Source: Chitinispirillales bacterium
GTDB taxonomy: Bacteria > Fibrobacterota > Chitinivibrionia > Chitinivibrionales > Chitinispirillaceae
Direction of reading: 5' to 3'
Assembly: GCA_031281485.1 (NCBI GenBank)
Contig: JAITFI010000101.1
Location: 2,373-66,372, forward strand
DNA: 64,000 bases
The notes below the pieces were generated by a model. That model saw nothing but the letters and a program-made list of their open reading frames with translations. It was not told where the DNA came from and searched no databases. Position numbers and translations under genes: made by a program. This document shows, piece after piece, positions 62,698 through 64,000 of this stretch. How positions within the stretch are numbered: position 1 is the stretch's first letter; every line of letters starts with the position of its first letter.

Positions 62698-62835
62698 GTC
62701 AAAAGAGGGCGGTCAATCGCCGCCCTCATCTCCACTGTCCTAAAAAGCTTCATAACTACCGTTGACAACCCTAATTTGATTATTATGTCTCCGACCGAGG
62801 TTGCCACGGATTCGGAGGCTATGCCTCCGCAAACC
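62698..62835. repeat. Structured intergenic repeat, copy B (includes the mnmA terminator hairpin)
   Basis: On the minus strand, GAGGGCGG-cgattga-CCGCCCTC is followed by TTTTGAC. The 69-bp core 62760-62828 matches 43775-43843. Confidence 0.8.
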
Positions 62836-62851
62836 ACAAGAAACAGCCAAA

Positions 62852-63907
62852 TCAAAGCCTTATCGTCCCGCCCGCGACAACGGTATCTCCATCGTATAGT
62901 ACCGCGGCTTGTCCCGGGGAGACCGCCCTCACGGGTTCATCGAACTTTATCCGTATCGTTAATCCGCCGGAATCGCTTTTGTCGTTAACGGTATTGATAC
63001 TGACTGCCGCGGCTCCGACCGGTTTGCTTCTGTATCGTATTTGTACCGCGTAGCGCCCGCCGACGTCGACTTTTCTTGTCTTGGAGATTACCGCGTTTTC
63101 TATCACCGCCTCATTGCTAACGATTTGGCTGTCTTCGGCGACAACTACCGTATTATCCGCCGGGATGATTTGTTTTACGTACATCGGTTTTCCAAGCGCG
63201 CCTAGGCCTTTGCGTTGACCCACCGTATAATTGTGTATGCCGGTGTGCGTTCCTATTATGCCGCCGTCAACATTGACAATATTACCGGCAACGGCGACGG
63301 CATCGGCTCCGCGCGATCTCAGGAAGCGGGCGTAGTCTGTTCCGGGGACGAAGCAGATGTCTTGGCTTTCTCCTTTGTCGGCCGTAGGGATGTTTAGCTT
63401 TCTTGCCAGCGCGCGCGTTTCGACCTTGGTCATCGCGCCGAGCGGGAAGAGTATTCTCTCTATCGGCGCGGCTAAGATCGGGTATAGGAAGTATGACTGA
63501 TCTTTTTGGACATCCGTTCCGCGTCGCAGTTCTCCGCCTTCTGTTATCGCGTAGTGTCCTGTGGCGATGTATTCGCAGCCGAGTTCCGCGGCCATTTCGA
63601 AGAGCGGCGGCCCGAACTTTATGTGTCGGTTGCAGACGGCGCACGGGTTCGGGGTGCGGCCGGATTTGTACTCGTTTACGAAGTTGCCTATGACATCGCG
63701 CTCGAATTGCGCGGACAGGTCAACCACGCTATGCGGGACGCGGAGGTGGTCGGCGACGAGTTTGGCGTCTCGGGCTGACTTCCCGCCGGTGGTGCCGGGG
63801 GTGGTGCAGAAGGTGACACCGCTGACGTCGAATCCTTGTTCTATAAGGATGGCGGCGGCGGTAGATGAGTCAACGCCGCCGCTCATTTCCACCATTACTT
63901 TTTTCAT
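62852..63907 (-). CDS. mnmA: tRNA-specific 2-thiouridylase
   Basis: 351 aa. PP-loop SGGVDSS, conserved Cys residues, full-length MnmA pattern. Confidence 0.9.
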   Translation of the reverse strand: MKKVMVEMSGGVDSSTAAAILIEQGFDVSGVTFCTTPGTTGGKSARDAKLVADHLRVPHSVVDLSAQFERDVIGNFVNEYKSGRTPNPCAVCNRHIKFGPPLFEMAAELGCEYIATGHYAITEGGELRRGTDVQKDQSYFLYPILAAPIERILFPLGAMTKVETRALARKLNIPTADKGESQDICFVPGTDYARFLRSRGADAVAVAGNIVNVDGGIIGTHTGIHNYTVGQRKGLGALGKPMYVKQIIPADNTVVVAEDSQIVSNEAVIENAVISKTRKVDVGGRYAVQIRYRSKPVGAAAVSINTVNDKSDSGGLTIRIKFDEPVRAVSPGQAAVLYDGDTVVAGGTIRL

Positions 63908-64000
63908 TACGCCCCCTTGAGTTTCCTGATATACTCCTTATCGATCTGAAAGTACTCAACGGCGTTGTACAAGGCGTCTATGTCTATTACGTTGTTGAAG
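63907..64000 (-). CDS. Partial CDS (3' end only), product unknown
   Basis: The open frame runs off the window and ends ..DKEYIRKLKGA-stop. TAATG overlap with the mnmA start. Confidence 0.3.
   Translation of the reverse strand, partial: FNNVIDIDALYNAVEYFQIDKEYIRKLKGA

Noticed and set aside
44237-62850. Model in which element 2 is a second tandem insertion at tRNA-Phe
   Set aside because: No third copy of the tRNA-Phe 3' end is present anywhere between 44.3 and 62.9 kb. A separate 17-bp repeat inside a coding sequence explains the element boundaries better.
62695-62988. 97-aa plus-strand ORF starting in repeat copy B
   Set aside because: It runs antisense into the 3' end of mnmA and has an Arg/Pro-rich translation.

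Overview
The window has three parts.

**1. Host DNA, 1-11.4 kb.** The minus strand carries the classic tRNA-Thr/Tyr/Gly/Thr + tuf cluster, clpP and a small K/A-rich histone-like protein. It also carries an operon of a 1,627-aa TPR-capped acidic repeat protein, an M24 Xaa-Pro peptidase and pilT. tRNA-Arg, a 115-aa FlgC-like mini rod protein and tRNA-Phe follow on the plus strand.

**2. Prophage, 11.4-44.2 kb.** This is a ~32.8-kb HK97-like siphovirus prophage integrated into tRNA-Phe.
- It is bounded by a perfect 64-bp direct repeat, with TTTGTAG arm-type repeats at both ends.
- It has a complete head/tail module, including a canonical -1 frameshift site in the tail chaperone.
- Oddities are an AT-rich CoiA-like/primase-like island, a repeat-flanked early cassette, and a terminase module convergent with the morphogenesis block.
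- Further oddities are separated lysis genes, two receptor-binding proteins built from one repeated module, and a 4-kb cargo region encoding secreted/outer-membrane proteins behind a 19-nt poly-C tract.

**3. Accessory DNA, 44.2-62.8 kb.**
- A Panacea/SocA-like antitoxin sits next to an unknown 123-aa partner.
- A second poly-C tract follows.
- A secreted-protein gene is split in frame by a ~15.2-kb integrase-bearing element bounded by a perfect 17-bp direct repeat.
- That element has int, an XRE repressor, cro-like and xis-like genes, a RecA-like ATPase, iterons, a 1,089-aa tail-like protein, VRR-NUC, terS and terL, but no portal, protease or capsid gene.

Host DNA resumes with mnmA.

All calls come from reading the sequence and the ORF translations. 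No database search was possible, so family names are motif-level recognitions.
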